This document shows positions 24,742-37,040 of a stretch of DNA of 64,000 nt, piece after piece. How positions within the stretch are numbered: position 1 is the stretch's first letter; each line of letters starts with the position of its first letter. The notes beneath the pieces are model-generated. The model was not told where the DNA came from, made no database searches, and worked only from the letters and a program-made list of their open reading frames with translations. Made by a program: the position numbers and the translations under genes. The DNA comes from Azolla caroliniana (lineage: Eukaryota > Plantae > Polypodiophyta), in contig JBHGNT010000001.1 of NCBI GenBank assembly GCA_043228905.1, positions 22,444,001-22,508,000 of the forward strand, in the 5' to 3' direction.

Positions 24742-24962
24742 ATGAGGAGTACCCGGCTACGGAGAGCCGGATGATACAGACTCGGTGAAGACCGGATGAG
24801 AAGTACCCGGCTACGGAGAGCCGGATGATACAGACCCGGTGAAGACCGGATGAGGAGTACCCGGCTACGGAGAGCTGGATGATACAGACCCGGTGAAGAC
24901 CGGATGAGGAGTACCCAGCTACGGAGAGCCGGATGGCGCAGACCTGGTATGAACCGGATGAA
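24742..24962 (+). repeat. 54-bp tandem repeat, about 4 copies, in U3 of the F 3' LTR
   Basis: Same unit as in the 5' LTR. Confidence 0.95.
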
Positions 24963-25421
24963 GAGACATATTCGTAAATATGTTTTCTGAGAGTTCATCG
25001 AGACTATATTTGTAAATAGCCGAAAAGTCATATTAGTATAAATATGACTTAGGGCAAACTTTTAGTTGTTGTTGTTGTTGTTGTCAATTTCTGTTTTGTA
25101 CGAGATCAGTGTGCGTAACTGTACAGAGAGAGAGAGAGAGAAAGAGGTCGTTGCCTCTATTGTAACCACCGCTTGTGGCAAAGATCTGTGAGCACGAGGT
25201 CGGTGCCTCAGTGAGCTCACTGTTGTATATTCTTACATAGTGACAGTTTGCAGCCTGTGGGCTGCCGTGGTTTTTCCCCTAGTTTGGGGTTTTCCACGTA
25301 AACCTCCTGTGTATTCTCTTCTTCTTTGTGTCGTGTTTTATTTCCCGTTTCCTGTGTATCATTCTAAGCTCGGTTGTGGCCGAGCGTTGCGCATAAGGAA
25401 CGTTGAGTTTCCGTCACTATA

Positions 25422-28400
25422 GGGCCTCTCCGGAGTACGACCGAGGAAGGATGAAGCGGATTGTGCGGAGAAGCGGATCCGGGAGGTTATCGGATGAGAT
25501 GATCCGGTCAAGGAGAACACTAGTTCCGGTCGAGGACAAGCGAGCAGGGAAGGCCGAGGAAGTCGGACCTTCGAAACGGTACGAGACGCGGAGCGGACCA
25601 GGTAAGAATGACTGCGGTAGTTCCGGTCCGCAAAATAGAGCAAAGCAGGCTGGTTACCGGCTGGGCATGGAGATAGAGAGGTCGACGGACTTACAGAAGA
25701 TCCTCGAAGAGCGGATCCTCGATAGCAAGGTTGAGCTATTGCTGAGGAAGGTGCTCGGAATCGTGAAGGAGTTCCGCGATTCCATCGTGGACCTTGTAAA
25801 GTGTAAACGGCGCTCGACGGAGTCGGGACTAGAGAAGCCCGTGGAAGTGCGGACGACGCACCTGGAGCAGGAGGGCTTGGAAGATGAGTTGGCGGAAAGC
25901 CACTATTCGAAGCTACACTAGGCAAGAGCTACTACGGAGACCCCGGTCCGGATCGGGCATGTCCAGGAACCGGTGGTAGCATTGATAGACCATGGGTCCG
26001 AAATAAACCTGATGTCCATGGACTTCTACAAAAAGGGTATGTGGCCGATTAACACCATGCACGGATGGAAAATATGCATGGAGACACGCACTATGGAGGA
26101 GTTGCATGGGGTGTGCCCGAATGTGCGTGGGAAGATCGGCGACGTCGAGATAGACAACCACTTCTTCGTGCAAGAGACGTCTTCACACCCGATTATCCTC
26201 GGAGAGCCAAGACAGAAGACACTCCATCCAATTCTTGATAGTGAGACCAAACCACGAGCGTAACCGTGAAACTCTCACCGGTGATGGCTGAGGGAATTTT
26301 TAGAGAGGGCTATCAAGACGTGGGGCTGCGATAGTCCAGAGACCCCAGAGGAACCCCACATGTGTACCATAGGTAGGAAATTTTGGTTCTTCGACAACGG
26401 AGGTTGTACGATAACCGGCATCTGCAGCCCGAAAAGGAGGAAGGCAGAGGAGCGTCTCAAAGCGTGTGGAGCCCTCAACCCTGATGAAGAGATTTGCGGC
26501 GCCGTGGAGGTGGTCTCCTTTGATGACACCCTGGGAGAGTAAGGAAGGTGGTCGAAGAAGGCCGCAGTGAAGACTGGGTTATTCCGGTTAGTTCCATGGG
26601 GATGTACGAAGTCATTGCTGACATTGGGGAGAAGGTCGAGTCGGATCGGACAGCCTACGTAGATACGAAGTACAAGACTATGGACCGGAAGGTGAGGCCA
26701 ATCGCGGCGCCCTTGCTGGACGGTAGTGAGGAGCGGATGAAGGAGGTCGCATCGGACCAGAGTTTGTGGAATCCGGCCGGCATAGGGCACTGGTTCACTG
26801 ACAAAACGCTACGAGATCTCAAGATTGGTGGGGGTGGCTTTCTACTGTCGACCGAGGAGGACCGGTTTCAGGGAATGCTCGGGAGGCACGGGAAGGCCTT
26901 CACATTCTCACCGGAGGAGATCGGGTGCGTGGACCCGAAGATTGTGGAACCCATTGTTATCTTCACGGTATCGGATATGCAGTGGAATTTCAAACTGATT
27001 CCGGTACCCAGAGCTCACATCCCGTAGTTGATGGAGCTACTGAAGCAGACGGTGGAGATGGGCATCCTCGAGCCATCGACTGCCCCGTATTGGAATCGGT
27101 GGTTTACCGTGCCGAACAAGAACGGCATGCTACGCTTCATTCAGGACTTGCAGCCGGTCAATAAACTGACCATTTGGAAAGCAGGAATGGGGCCGACCAT
27201 TGACGAGTTTGCGAAGGCCTTCGCCGGAAGGTCAATCTATTATGTTGGTGATTTGTACTCGGGGTACGACCAATTCTAGCTAACCGTAGAAAGCAAGGAT
27301 ATCACGAAAATGCAGACCCCTCTCGGCCTAGTACGGTGGCGCACATGGTGAACGCAATGAATAAGGTGCTTAGGGACTGCATCCTGGACATCACCATGCC
27401 ATTCTTGGACGACATCCCGATAAAAGGGTCTCCGGTGGAGGATAAGTATGAATCGATTGGTTCAGACGGGTGCCGAAGGTTCGTGGCGGACCACATCGAC
27501 GATTGCGAGAAGTTGCTACAAAGGCTCGAGAGAGTGTAGCTTACCTTCTTCGGAGAAAAATCAGCTTTTGGCTAGCCTGAAATCATGGTGGTCGGACATT
27601 TGCACGGGCCTTACGGCTGGAAACCATCTCCGGCGAAAGTGGAAGCCATCTCCCCAATCAAGGAAGAATGCAAGTCAGTTACGGAGGTACGGAGGTTTCT
27701 GGGCGCATGCGCGTTCTACCACATCTAGGTCCTGCATTACGCACACATCGTAGAATCACTCTACAGGTTGCTGAAGAAACAACAGAAGTTTGAGTGGAAG
27801 GAGGAATATGCGAAGTCGGTCCGAATGTTGAAGGAGGCGCTAACCACGGCACCGGCACTTCGGAAAATGGTTTACAACAAGGAGGTCCCGGTTTACATGA
27901 CCGTAGACACTAGCCCAACCAGAATCGGATGGGTGGTCAGTCAGGAGGAAGAGAGTGGCGCGAGGTTCCCCATCCGGTTTGGAGCAAAGGTATAGAGTGA
28001 GCGACAACGAGGATACGCCCAAGTTAAACACGAACTCTAGGGTATCGTTTTGGCAATCAAGGCCGACAAAGACTATTTGATCGGGACAGAGGCTATAATC
28101 GAGACGGACTACCTACCGATCCTCGGTATGGTTTCCGAATACGTGACGCCAGACCTGGGAATGCTCAGGTGGATCGCTTACATTAAGTCCCTGAATCCGG
28201 AGATACGGCACATCTCCGAGATGGATAACACCATGGCCAACTTGCTTTCGAGAGCACGGTTCGATGACAAAGATGGCATGGTTTTGGAGGACAAAGAAGT
28301 CGGCGTAGACTTCTTCGAGTCAGCTCGCATAGCGGTAGGGAAGGGAAGCGCTCTGACACATAACAAATTTAACGAGGACAAGTACGATGGGGAGTGGCTC

Positions 28401-29732
28401 TAGATCGGTAGGTTCTTGAGGACAATGACGCCGGACGCGGCATGGACGAAGGACGAGGCAAACCGGATTTAGAAGAAGGTGTACTGGTATTTCCTACGGA
28501 ACGGGAGTATATAGAAGCATCTAAAGAAACGAGACGGCATTCCACTCCACGTGGTGGCAAGAGGGGATGAATAGGAGGCGCTGCTAGCTGCGTATGACGA
28601 GAGTCCTTGGGCCGGACATCGCTGGATGTGGGCCACGTTCCAGAACCTAAAGGAGAAGTATTGGTGCTCGGGAATGTACCGGGACGTGCATCAGTTTGTG
28701 ACTACTTGCGAGAGTTGTCAGATGCATTCCGCGATCTGGTATCAGGACGAGTTGTGCCCGACCTACCCGTTGGCCATCCATTTCAAATGGATGGTGGATT
28801 TAGTGACGATGTCGATGGGGGTAGGGCAAATGCGGTACCTGGTTCTTGCACGAGAGGACTTGACGAATCAAGTGGAGGTTCATGCAGTGTAGAACAAGAC
28901 GACTACGATTGTGTATCGGTTCCTGATCGAGGAGGTGATATGTCGTTACGGGTGCATAGGGAAAATCATGGTTGACCGGGGGTAGCTGGACGCACAGGAA
29001 GCCGAAGACTTGTTTGGCCAGTTAGGGGTTAAGCTCTCTCTCATTACGGTGTACATTCCAGAGGCAAATGGAAAGGTGGAGTGCGGGCATGGGCCAATTG
29101 TGAAGGCATTAGTACGGGTGTGTGAAGGACAAGTCAGGAATTGGCCGTGGCTCTTACCTTATGCGCTATGGGCGGACTAAACTACGCACAATTCAATAAC
29201 CAGGTTCATGCCGGCAAAGCTGATGTATGGGCAGAAGCCGATCATGCCGATGGAGCGGACGATCTCCTCATGGGCTGCGGTGGATAGGAGAGACGAGATC
29301 AGTCGGGAAGAGTTGTTCGCGGCGCGGATTCAACAGCTCGAGCGAAGACCGGAGGACATGCATCGGGGGAACACGAAGCTGCACGTGGCAAGAGCGAAGA
29401 ATAAAGGCCGGTTTGACCGAATGCACCGACTATGACCGAGGAAGATTGAGGAAGGCGACGGGGTGTTGGTTTACGACAGTAGCCTCCACAACCAGCACAA
29501 GCCGACGCATAAGTTCCCAAGAAGGTGGTTTGGGCCCTATGTCGTAACGAGTGCAAACAACAATGGCACCTACCACCTCTCGGACCTCGATGGAATGCAG
29601 ATAGCAGTACTGGTAGTCGGGAAGAGGATCAAGGTGTTCAAGAAACGACACGAAGATGAACCGGACCCAGGGAATGCGGATGACGGTGATGACCAGGCCA
29701 GAGTGGATGGCGAGCCAGAGAGCGACGAGTGA
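25422..29732 (+). pseudogene. pol: gag C-terminus and pol of E
   Basis: ALIDHGSEIN protease. RFIQDLQPVN..DLYSGYDQF..FLDDI RT. TVDTS RNase H. CESCQ and RRWFGPY integrase. No chromodomain seen. Confidence 0.9.
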
Positions 29733-29806
29733 ACACATGCCGATTTTCCCCGGTATTCGTCTCTTTCTGGCGCATGCCGATAGATGCGCGGTTTGGTGGG
29801 GTTGGA

Positions 29807-30580
29807 TGTCATGAAGAAAACCGGCCATAAAGGGAATCAGGGATCAAAGCACATGAATCGGCGTGTACACATAGGCGCACAGAATTAAAATAACTTGTAC
29901 ATACTTAAGAATAGGTCAATGCAATGTAAAGAGATTAGATAGAACATATTTTGGAAATCGAAGTGTATCTCTGGCCGAAGGGACAGAGAATAAGGATGAT
30001 GTGACAGGAGATGTGACTATCCTCCCTTGTCGGCCTATAAGAGGCACAAGAGAAAGACTGGCGGTAATCGCGTTTTGGGGAGAAAGAGGGGGGAGGTGTT
30101 GTTGGACTGGGGACCGAGCACTGTTTCTATGTGATCTCTGCAGGATTTTGGTCGGTTGCCTTTGCTCACGGGGAAAGCCAATGTGCTTCCAGCAGAGGCT
30201 CCACTGCGTAACTCAGTTGTGTGTGTGTGTGTATGTGCGCGTGCGTGTGTTTGGTTGGTCATCGATGTGTCGGTTGTAATATCATAAAGGTTCTAATCAC
30301 TTGTTATTCGTAATCGATTCCTCTTGGGAAGTGGTCTCCTTGTTTAATTGTGACATTCTCTAATATGTTGTTCTCTCCATAACCGATCCAGTGCGCTTCT
30401 CTATCTAACTCGCGCATAGTTGTGTTCTCGTCTGACCCGGTGAGCACGGTGCTTGCCGGCAACCAGTACTTTCCAATCCATCGCTTCCATTCTCTTCCTT
30501 TTGTACTTTCTCGCACTCCTCGGTTCAGGGCCCCCCCGGTCCTGCCTTAGTATCCTACGCGCACGCGTAAAAACACGATA
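29807..30580 (+). repeat. 3' LTR of E
   Basis: Colinear with the split 5' LTR. Confidence 0.93.
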
Positions 30581-30584
30581 ACGT

Positions 30585-30900
30585 GTAGCAGAAGTGTGTG
30601 ACCCAGAGAGCTACGCAGTAGCGGCAAAGGATGCAAATTGGCATGCCATTATGGATGAAGAGATGAACACACTTGTGGAGAATGAAACCTGGGACCTGGT
30701 TGATGCCGCCAAGGGTGTGAAGCCGATTGGATGCAAGTGTACAAGGTCAAGTACAACACCGACGGCTCACTCAACTGATACAAGGCCCAGCTAGTAGCAA
30801 AAGGCTACGCGTAGCAACATGGCATCGATTACGATGAGATGTTCGCGCCGGTCGTGAAGATGATGATCATCCATGTTTTGCTTGTGGTAGCTGTGGTGAC
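30585..30900 (+). pseudogene. pol: Continuation of D0 (RT N-terminus)
   Basis: PESYAVAAKDANW..ENETWDLV..DYDEMFAPV. Confidence 0.88.
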
Positions 30901-31023
30901 TTTTTGGGTTGCAAACCTTTCTGTAGTCGGGGCGAAGCTTCACGGTTCTATTCAGAGTAGTTGAGAACGACTTATAGTTTGATGCTAGTGAGTCATTCGG
31001 AAGAGTCATTCAGAAGCATGTTT

Positions 31024-31410
31024 TGTAGAAAATAGCGTGCGGAAGCAGGTATGAAGACAGAACAGAGGAAGGAAACTCAGGTTCAATGGAGAGCTTGGGC
31101 TTACACGATATACGCAGGAGAGACAGAGAGAGAAACACAGAAAACTCTATATTCAATAATAATACTCAGTCTGTACATAAGATGTGCTCAGTGAACACTT
31201 TTATACAAGTCCTGGAAGGACTGATTGAAGTACTGACAGTACTTCAATGCTCATTAAGAGCTCCTACACTAACTCCCAAATATATTCCTCACGGAATATC
31301 TTTCCTAACGATCTCCCGGTTTACGCACTCGGCCTAACCGATTGGTCCCAACCGATCCGGTCCTCGGCTTCTTCAACCAATCCGGCCAATGTTGAGCTTG
31401 TCTCTCAACA
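31024..31410 (-). repeat. Solo LTR of the D lineage
   Basis: TG..CA ends. TSD TGTTT (31019-31023 and 31411-31415). Motifs shared with D1/D2 LTRs. Confidence 0.88.
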
Positions 31411-31919
31411 TGTTTGATGTCCACCCTAGTGAGAAACAAGGCGAAGATTAAAGGGGGACTAGTGGATAAGCATATTTCGTAATGATGAAAGCGTTAGAAA
31501 GCATAAGCGCATGTAACGGTTCATGCACTAAGTGTAACCGTCTATGCCCTGCATATATAAAGGGCATAAGAACATTGTAAACAACTAGCATAGTTTTGGG
31601 AGTATAATCTGTCGAATATAATCGTGCTATCTTTTCTGAACCCTATGTTGAGCATTATCAGAACTCTGTGTTGATAGGGAAGCGTATCTGTTCTTAGGGT
31701 ATCTGGTGTATGTGTGTAAACCCGGACATATGGTAAGAAGGCGTTCGGTTGCAACTGTCTCTTGTTAATGCCTTACCCTCGTGGTCACTCGGTAACGCAC
31801 TACCCATTCCCATGGGTTAAGGTTAGACGTAGTACGCTATCCATTCTCTGTACCATGATCTTCTTGAGGCGTACCCCAAAGGACGGAGGGTAGGCCGTGT
31901 TCCTAATCAGTAACACTTT

Positions 31920-31934
31920 TGGCATACCTAGTGG
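31920..31934 (+). promoter_or_regulatory. Degenerate PBS of G, probably tRNA-Arg
   Basis: TGGCATACCTAGTGG differs from the recalled Arg(UCU) complement TGGCACGCCTGGTGG only by deamination-type changes. Confidence 0.6.
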
Positions 31935-32109
31935 TCTGTGATTCTCATAGTCGAGCATCAAGGAATGGATGTCTAGCTGCCGATGCAACCCAGAACCAAC
32001 TCGACAAGATCAACCGCAGACCCGGCCCTTCACCCGAAAAGCGGAAGAACGTGCTACGCGAAAACCATGCCTCAACGCTTGCATTTTGTTTCTCTCGGAG
32101 TATACGCTA

Positions 32110-35100
32110 GAATCGATGCTCACCGAACAGAGTGGCACTGGGCAAGAGGTCCTATCTCCACTGGACCGGTATAGTGAAACTACCACTTCTCAGAAAACCT
32201 CACATCGTGTCAGCAGTACTCTCCCAAGCGATAGCCTATCAACCGGAATGACTTTCTCATACCCTCGCTTCAATGGAGATACTAACGCCGAGGGCCACAC
32301 TCGGTCGTTCCTCAATGTTTGGAACACGAACCATATGTCGCAGCGACTTCTGGAAACAGAAGCCCATGCATCAAAAATCGCAGAGTTTGGGTTAACATTG
32401 GATGGGCGAGCTGCCCGCTAACATTCCCAGCTCCACATCACGTCATTTGTCTCTCTCGACCAACTCCAATCATTGTTTTTACGCTTCTTTTATCGAAGAA
32501 TTCCCCAACGCGAGATCATCGGCCAGTTTTATACAATCAAACAGTTGTCGCAAGAGTTCGTGGACAACTTCAGCTCGCAGTTCCAGAGTTTACGATGACC
32601 GCTAGCACGCGCTCAAATGGAGGACGAGGCAAAAGAAACATTTTTGGCGGCAGTACATAGACCACTCCGGACAACATTAAATATGCAAAATCTCACGGGC
32701 CAAATGGAGGATGCGGTCATAGAACGGGCATTACAGCTTGAGTTAAAAGAGGAGGACAATGGGATGTCTATGGCATCGCTCTGTCAAGCACTACCCAGGG
32801 ACGAGCAAGACCTTTTCCGCCAAGCCATTCAATGCACGATCTTCTTGAACTCAAGGAACTCCGCAGTGGATTGTAATATGCAGATCCATTGCCCCATTTG
32901 TCATTCACGGGCCCACACGGTGAACCAGTGTGAATATAACATGCTAAATAGGCCCACACTGTCAATTCGCCATATGGAGCCTCAACGGCCTTACCATCAC
33001 AACAACCAAGGCCGACACGAGGAGCGTTACAGTAACATGGAGCGGAATCAGTGTGCGGGAAGGCCGAACTGCCTCCGTCACAACAACGATTCGTATTCGG
33101 ACGAAGAGGAGCAGGACGAAGAGCGGTATCCGAGCGATGACTGCTACAATCCTTAGGGAGGACGTCGCTATGATAACCGGCGTACCTCCAACAATCGCGG
33201 TGGACAGGCGAAACCGCGTTTGTACAGGGGTAATCGTCAATCACGGAGCCAACGTAACCACGATGAAAGCTCGGAGGAAGAACGACGCAATGATAATCGT
33301 CATGAATATCGCTAGAAGTCCCACAACAACAAGTGGTTCTAGTGACCCCGGGTAGAATAGACGACACCTATGGAAACCATTGTAGCCCCGGTCGTTGAAA
33401 AAGGTGAGTCCAACATCCACTGTTTTATTTGTCAACAGCTAGGTCATTACGCAACTCAATGCCCACACTGCAATAAAGGGAAAGGGCCAGCGGTGAATAC
33501 GATCACAACAGACGTCTAGTAGTTTACAACCCGCAATAAGGTGAAAAACACGGACTGAGCGGAGAAAGAAGAGATCCGCAAAGCCGCACAACCCTAGGTA
33601 GAAAAGGAAAATGAAGCCAACATGGAATGCATGAGGCAAGAATCGGACCACACTACCACACATACGAAAGACATGGTATTGATGCTAGATCCGATATGGC
33701 AAACACTGGCCGATTGCGAAATTACGTTGACCATGGAAAAATTATTACAACTTGTCCCTCAATTACGGCCTAGAGAAGTCGGCCAATTATACAATTTAGC
33801 ACAGGTGAAAAGGCAAATGAAGCCAACATGGAACACATGAGGCAAGAATCGGGCCACACTACCACACATACGAAAGACATGGTATTGATGCCAGATCCGA
33901 TATGGCAAACACTGGCCGATTGCGAAATTACATTGACCATAGAAAAATTATTACAACTTGTCCCTCAATTACGGCCTAGAGAAGTCGGCCAATTATACAG
34001 TCTAGCACAGGCCCAACCGTGGTTGATCACCACAATCCTGCCATCAAGGTAGTGCTGCAAGGGCAAGAAATCACGGGATGCATTGTCGATGGCGGTTCTG
34101 GGGTGAATGTGATTAGTAAAACCACATGTAACCGCCTTGGTATTACAGAATGGGAAGTGTGCCCATTTTGGCTCCAAATGGCAAACACCCGTTCCGTCAG
34201 ACCATTGCGGTTGGTTTGGAAGCTAAGGATCGTAATTGGTGGTCATACCTTTGAAATCTCCACCGTTGTGTTGGCTTTGGCGTGCCAGGGGCGTATCCTA
34301 TCTTGTTAGGAAGACCATGGTTTCGTTCTGCTAATATCAAGCAGAACTGGCAGCACAACTGCATTAGCTTCCGACGATGGCAAAGCAAGGTCGGGGTACC
34401 CGCACAGGAAACCTCTGCCCCCACAAAAGCAATAACGCCATTCTACGCCGAAGATATTAATATGCGCGAAGGGCTGGAGGATAAGAAACTCGAGGCATAC
34501 CTGGACGAAAATCTCCGGATAGTATCATTGTTTGAGATAGACGTACTCAAGATAGCTAGCGAGTACGTCCCAACTAGTGCTCCGAACGAAGAAGACTATG
34601 AACCAGATCCTAAATCGGTGTTGGAACTGAGCAAAGCATGGGAGGAATTCGAGAGGGAAATGGAAATCTCCTAAAGAGCCATAGTGTCGACCTTGGAGGA
34701 AATCAATGTAGGGTCAGCTGAGGCACCAAGGTTACTAACAATTGCAAAGGACTTGACGCCAAGCTAAAAAATGGCCATGACTAATTTATTATGGGAGTTT
34801 AAAGATGTCTTCGCATGGTCACATGATGACATAAAGGAGCCAACACAAAATTAATTTGGCCACGGATGTGAAGCCAATTCAGTAGAGACGCTATCGCATG
34901 AACCCGAATTATGCAGTACGCGTAAAGGAGGAAATCGACAAACTCTTGAAAGTTGTGTTTATTAGGCTAGTAAAACAAGCCACATAGCTTAGCCCAATAG
35001 TGGTCATACAAAAAAAAAATGGAAAAATCCGAGTGTACGTCGACTACCACAAGTTAAACGCCGTCACAATCACCGACGCATCATTTACATATAGTGTACT

Positions 35101-36650
35101 AGACGTAGTCGCAGGTCACGACATGTACAGTTTTCTAGATGGGTTTAGCGGGTATAACCAAATACGCATGCACCCGGAAGATCAGTATAAAACCGCTTTC
35201 GTAACCGAATGGGGCGTCTTTCTAGGGCTAGTAATGATGTTCAGATTAAAAACCGCTCCAACCACGTTCCAACACGCCATTCTAGAGATTTTTGGCAACT
35301 TCATCCCTGCGTTCATGCAAGTCTTCCTCGATGGCTTTGTAGTCTACGGGATGTGAGCGGATCACTTGAACCATCTAATGCTATGTTTAGAACGATGTCG
35401 TACTTCGCGGCTTAGTTTCAATCCGGCCAAGTGCGCATTCGGGGTTACAAACAGAGCCCTTCTCGGGCACGTAGTGAGCAAGGACGGTATTGTGGTGGAT
35501 CCCGGCAAAATGAAAGCCATAGTCGAGGCTAAACCCCTAGTAATGCAAAGGACCTTAGGCTTTTTTTTGGGCAAATCCGTTGGTGCAGCCGTATGCTCCG
35601 TTATTTGGTGGATTTCACAACACCGCTACAGGCCACGGTGCACCGCACACAGTTCAAATAGACTACAATGGAGGATAAGGCGTACGAAGCACTAAAGGTG
35701 ATGCTTAGACAAGCACATGTAGTATAGCCTCTGAACTGGTCCAAGCCATTCCAAGTATTTGTGGATGCCTCCGACATAGCCATCGGTAGCGCACTTATGC
35801 AGCTCACCGAGCCCAGATGTTATCGGCCAGTATACTATTCTAGTTGTAAATTACCAGATGTTGAATAGAACTATTCGACAACAAAGCACGAAGCTTTGGG
35901 TATGATCTACAACGTCAATAAATTTCCACATTATTTGTTAGGACGGAAATTCACTTTCCACGATGAAGGAAGCCATTTCTTAAATATGGTCGTATCCGAT
36001 CTCACGGAACATTACGCCGTGGTTTACAAGAAAAGTATGTCATATTATCCATAGGCCAATGGACTCGCAGAATCGATGAATAAAACACTTTAGAATATCT
36101 TAAAAAAGATCGTCAACGACAACCGCACAGATTGGGACACGAAGTTGCACAGTGCCTTATGGGCATACCGCACTATTTTCAAAACCAATGTCCAATCAAC
36201 GCCATTCCGGCTAGCATTCGGACTAGAAGACGTAATGCCTATAGAGTTTCAGATACCAAGTTTACGCATACAAGTCCGCGAACGACTGTCGAAGGGCCAA
36301 TCCGAGAAAATATGCTTAAAACAACTACTCGAATTGGGGGAAGATAGAGTCCACAACATGGCGATCTTGGAGCACAAATTTTGGCGGCGGAAGGCATTTG
36401 TAGAGCGGCACCATGGCACCAATAAGAAGCACTTTAAAATTGGAAAAGCAGTCTTAGTATTCCAAACACCCATGGGGTAGATGTCGGGAAAACTACGTTT
36501 CCAATGGACAGGATCGTACTGGATAATAGGAGTCGAGAATGGGACATTTGAACTAGGCACCCTGACAGGGGAAGTTTTGCGTCAAAAGGTCAGCAAGTTT
36601 CGATTAAAGTCGTATTTGGGACCCACGCTGCCAAACCCGTTTCGCGCTGA
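32110..36650 (+). pseudogene. gag-pol: gag-pol of G, with an RNase H-to-integrase deletion at ~35961
   Basis: YPRFNG gag. CPICHSRAHTVNQC and CFICQQLGHYATQC knuckles. IVDGGSGVN protease. SFLDGFSGYNQI RT. ALWAYRT integrase. Confidence 0.9.
33596..34008 (+). repeat. ~206-bp tandem duplication in the gag-PR linker of G
   Basis: ORFs 33622 and 33828 are near-identical. Confidence 0.93.
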
Positions 36651-37040
36651 TTAAGATAATCAGGTCGTTTCCTCGGCAGAACAAAATGCCCACTAAACGG
36701 GGCCCACTAGTAAGCATGTAACATTAATGTACTATAAAACGAGCCTTAACCATTAGGTCTAAATTTTTTTTTTTTAAAGAGAGAAAGAGGGACAGTCACG
36801 ACTATTAAAGGGACTACATGCATGCACACTTTCCAAGACAGAAAGAACACGCGTCCACACAATGATTCGCAACCCTAACTTATCATCTTCACAAAAGGAA
36901 GACAAAAGCTATTTCTCTATACATCGCAGAAAACATTACCAAACTCTTTGCTCCCCTCGCTCTCCTCGCTTTCCACACTCACCTCACCATCACAGAAGAA
37001 TAAGCTTGCAGACCGAGCCCCCTAGGCACTCCCCCCGCTC

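Larger units (their letters stand above)
19893..25416 (+). mobile_element. Copia F, full length, inserted in gag of E
   Basis: TSD CTATA (19888-19892 and 25417-25421). LTRs 19893-20615 and 24681-25416. PBS-Met 20618-20629. PPT 24669-24678. Confidence 0.97.
11975..30580 (+). mobile_element. Ty3/gypsy E (non-chromovirus-like), full length, with D1 and F nested inside
   Basis: 5' LTR = 11975-12113 + 18097-18727. 3' LTR = 29807-30580. ACGT flanks both ends. Domain order gag-PR-RT-RH-INT. Confidence 0.93.
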
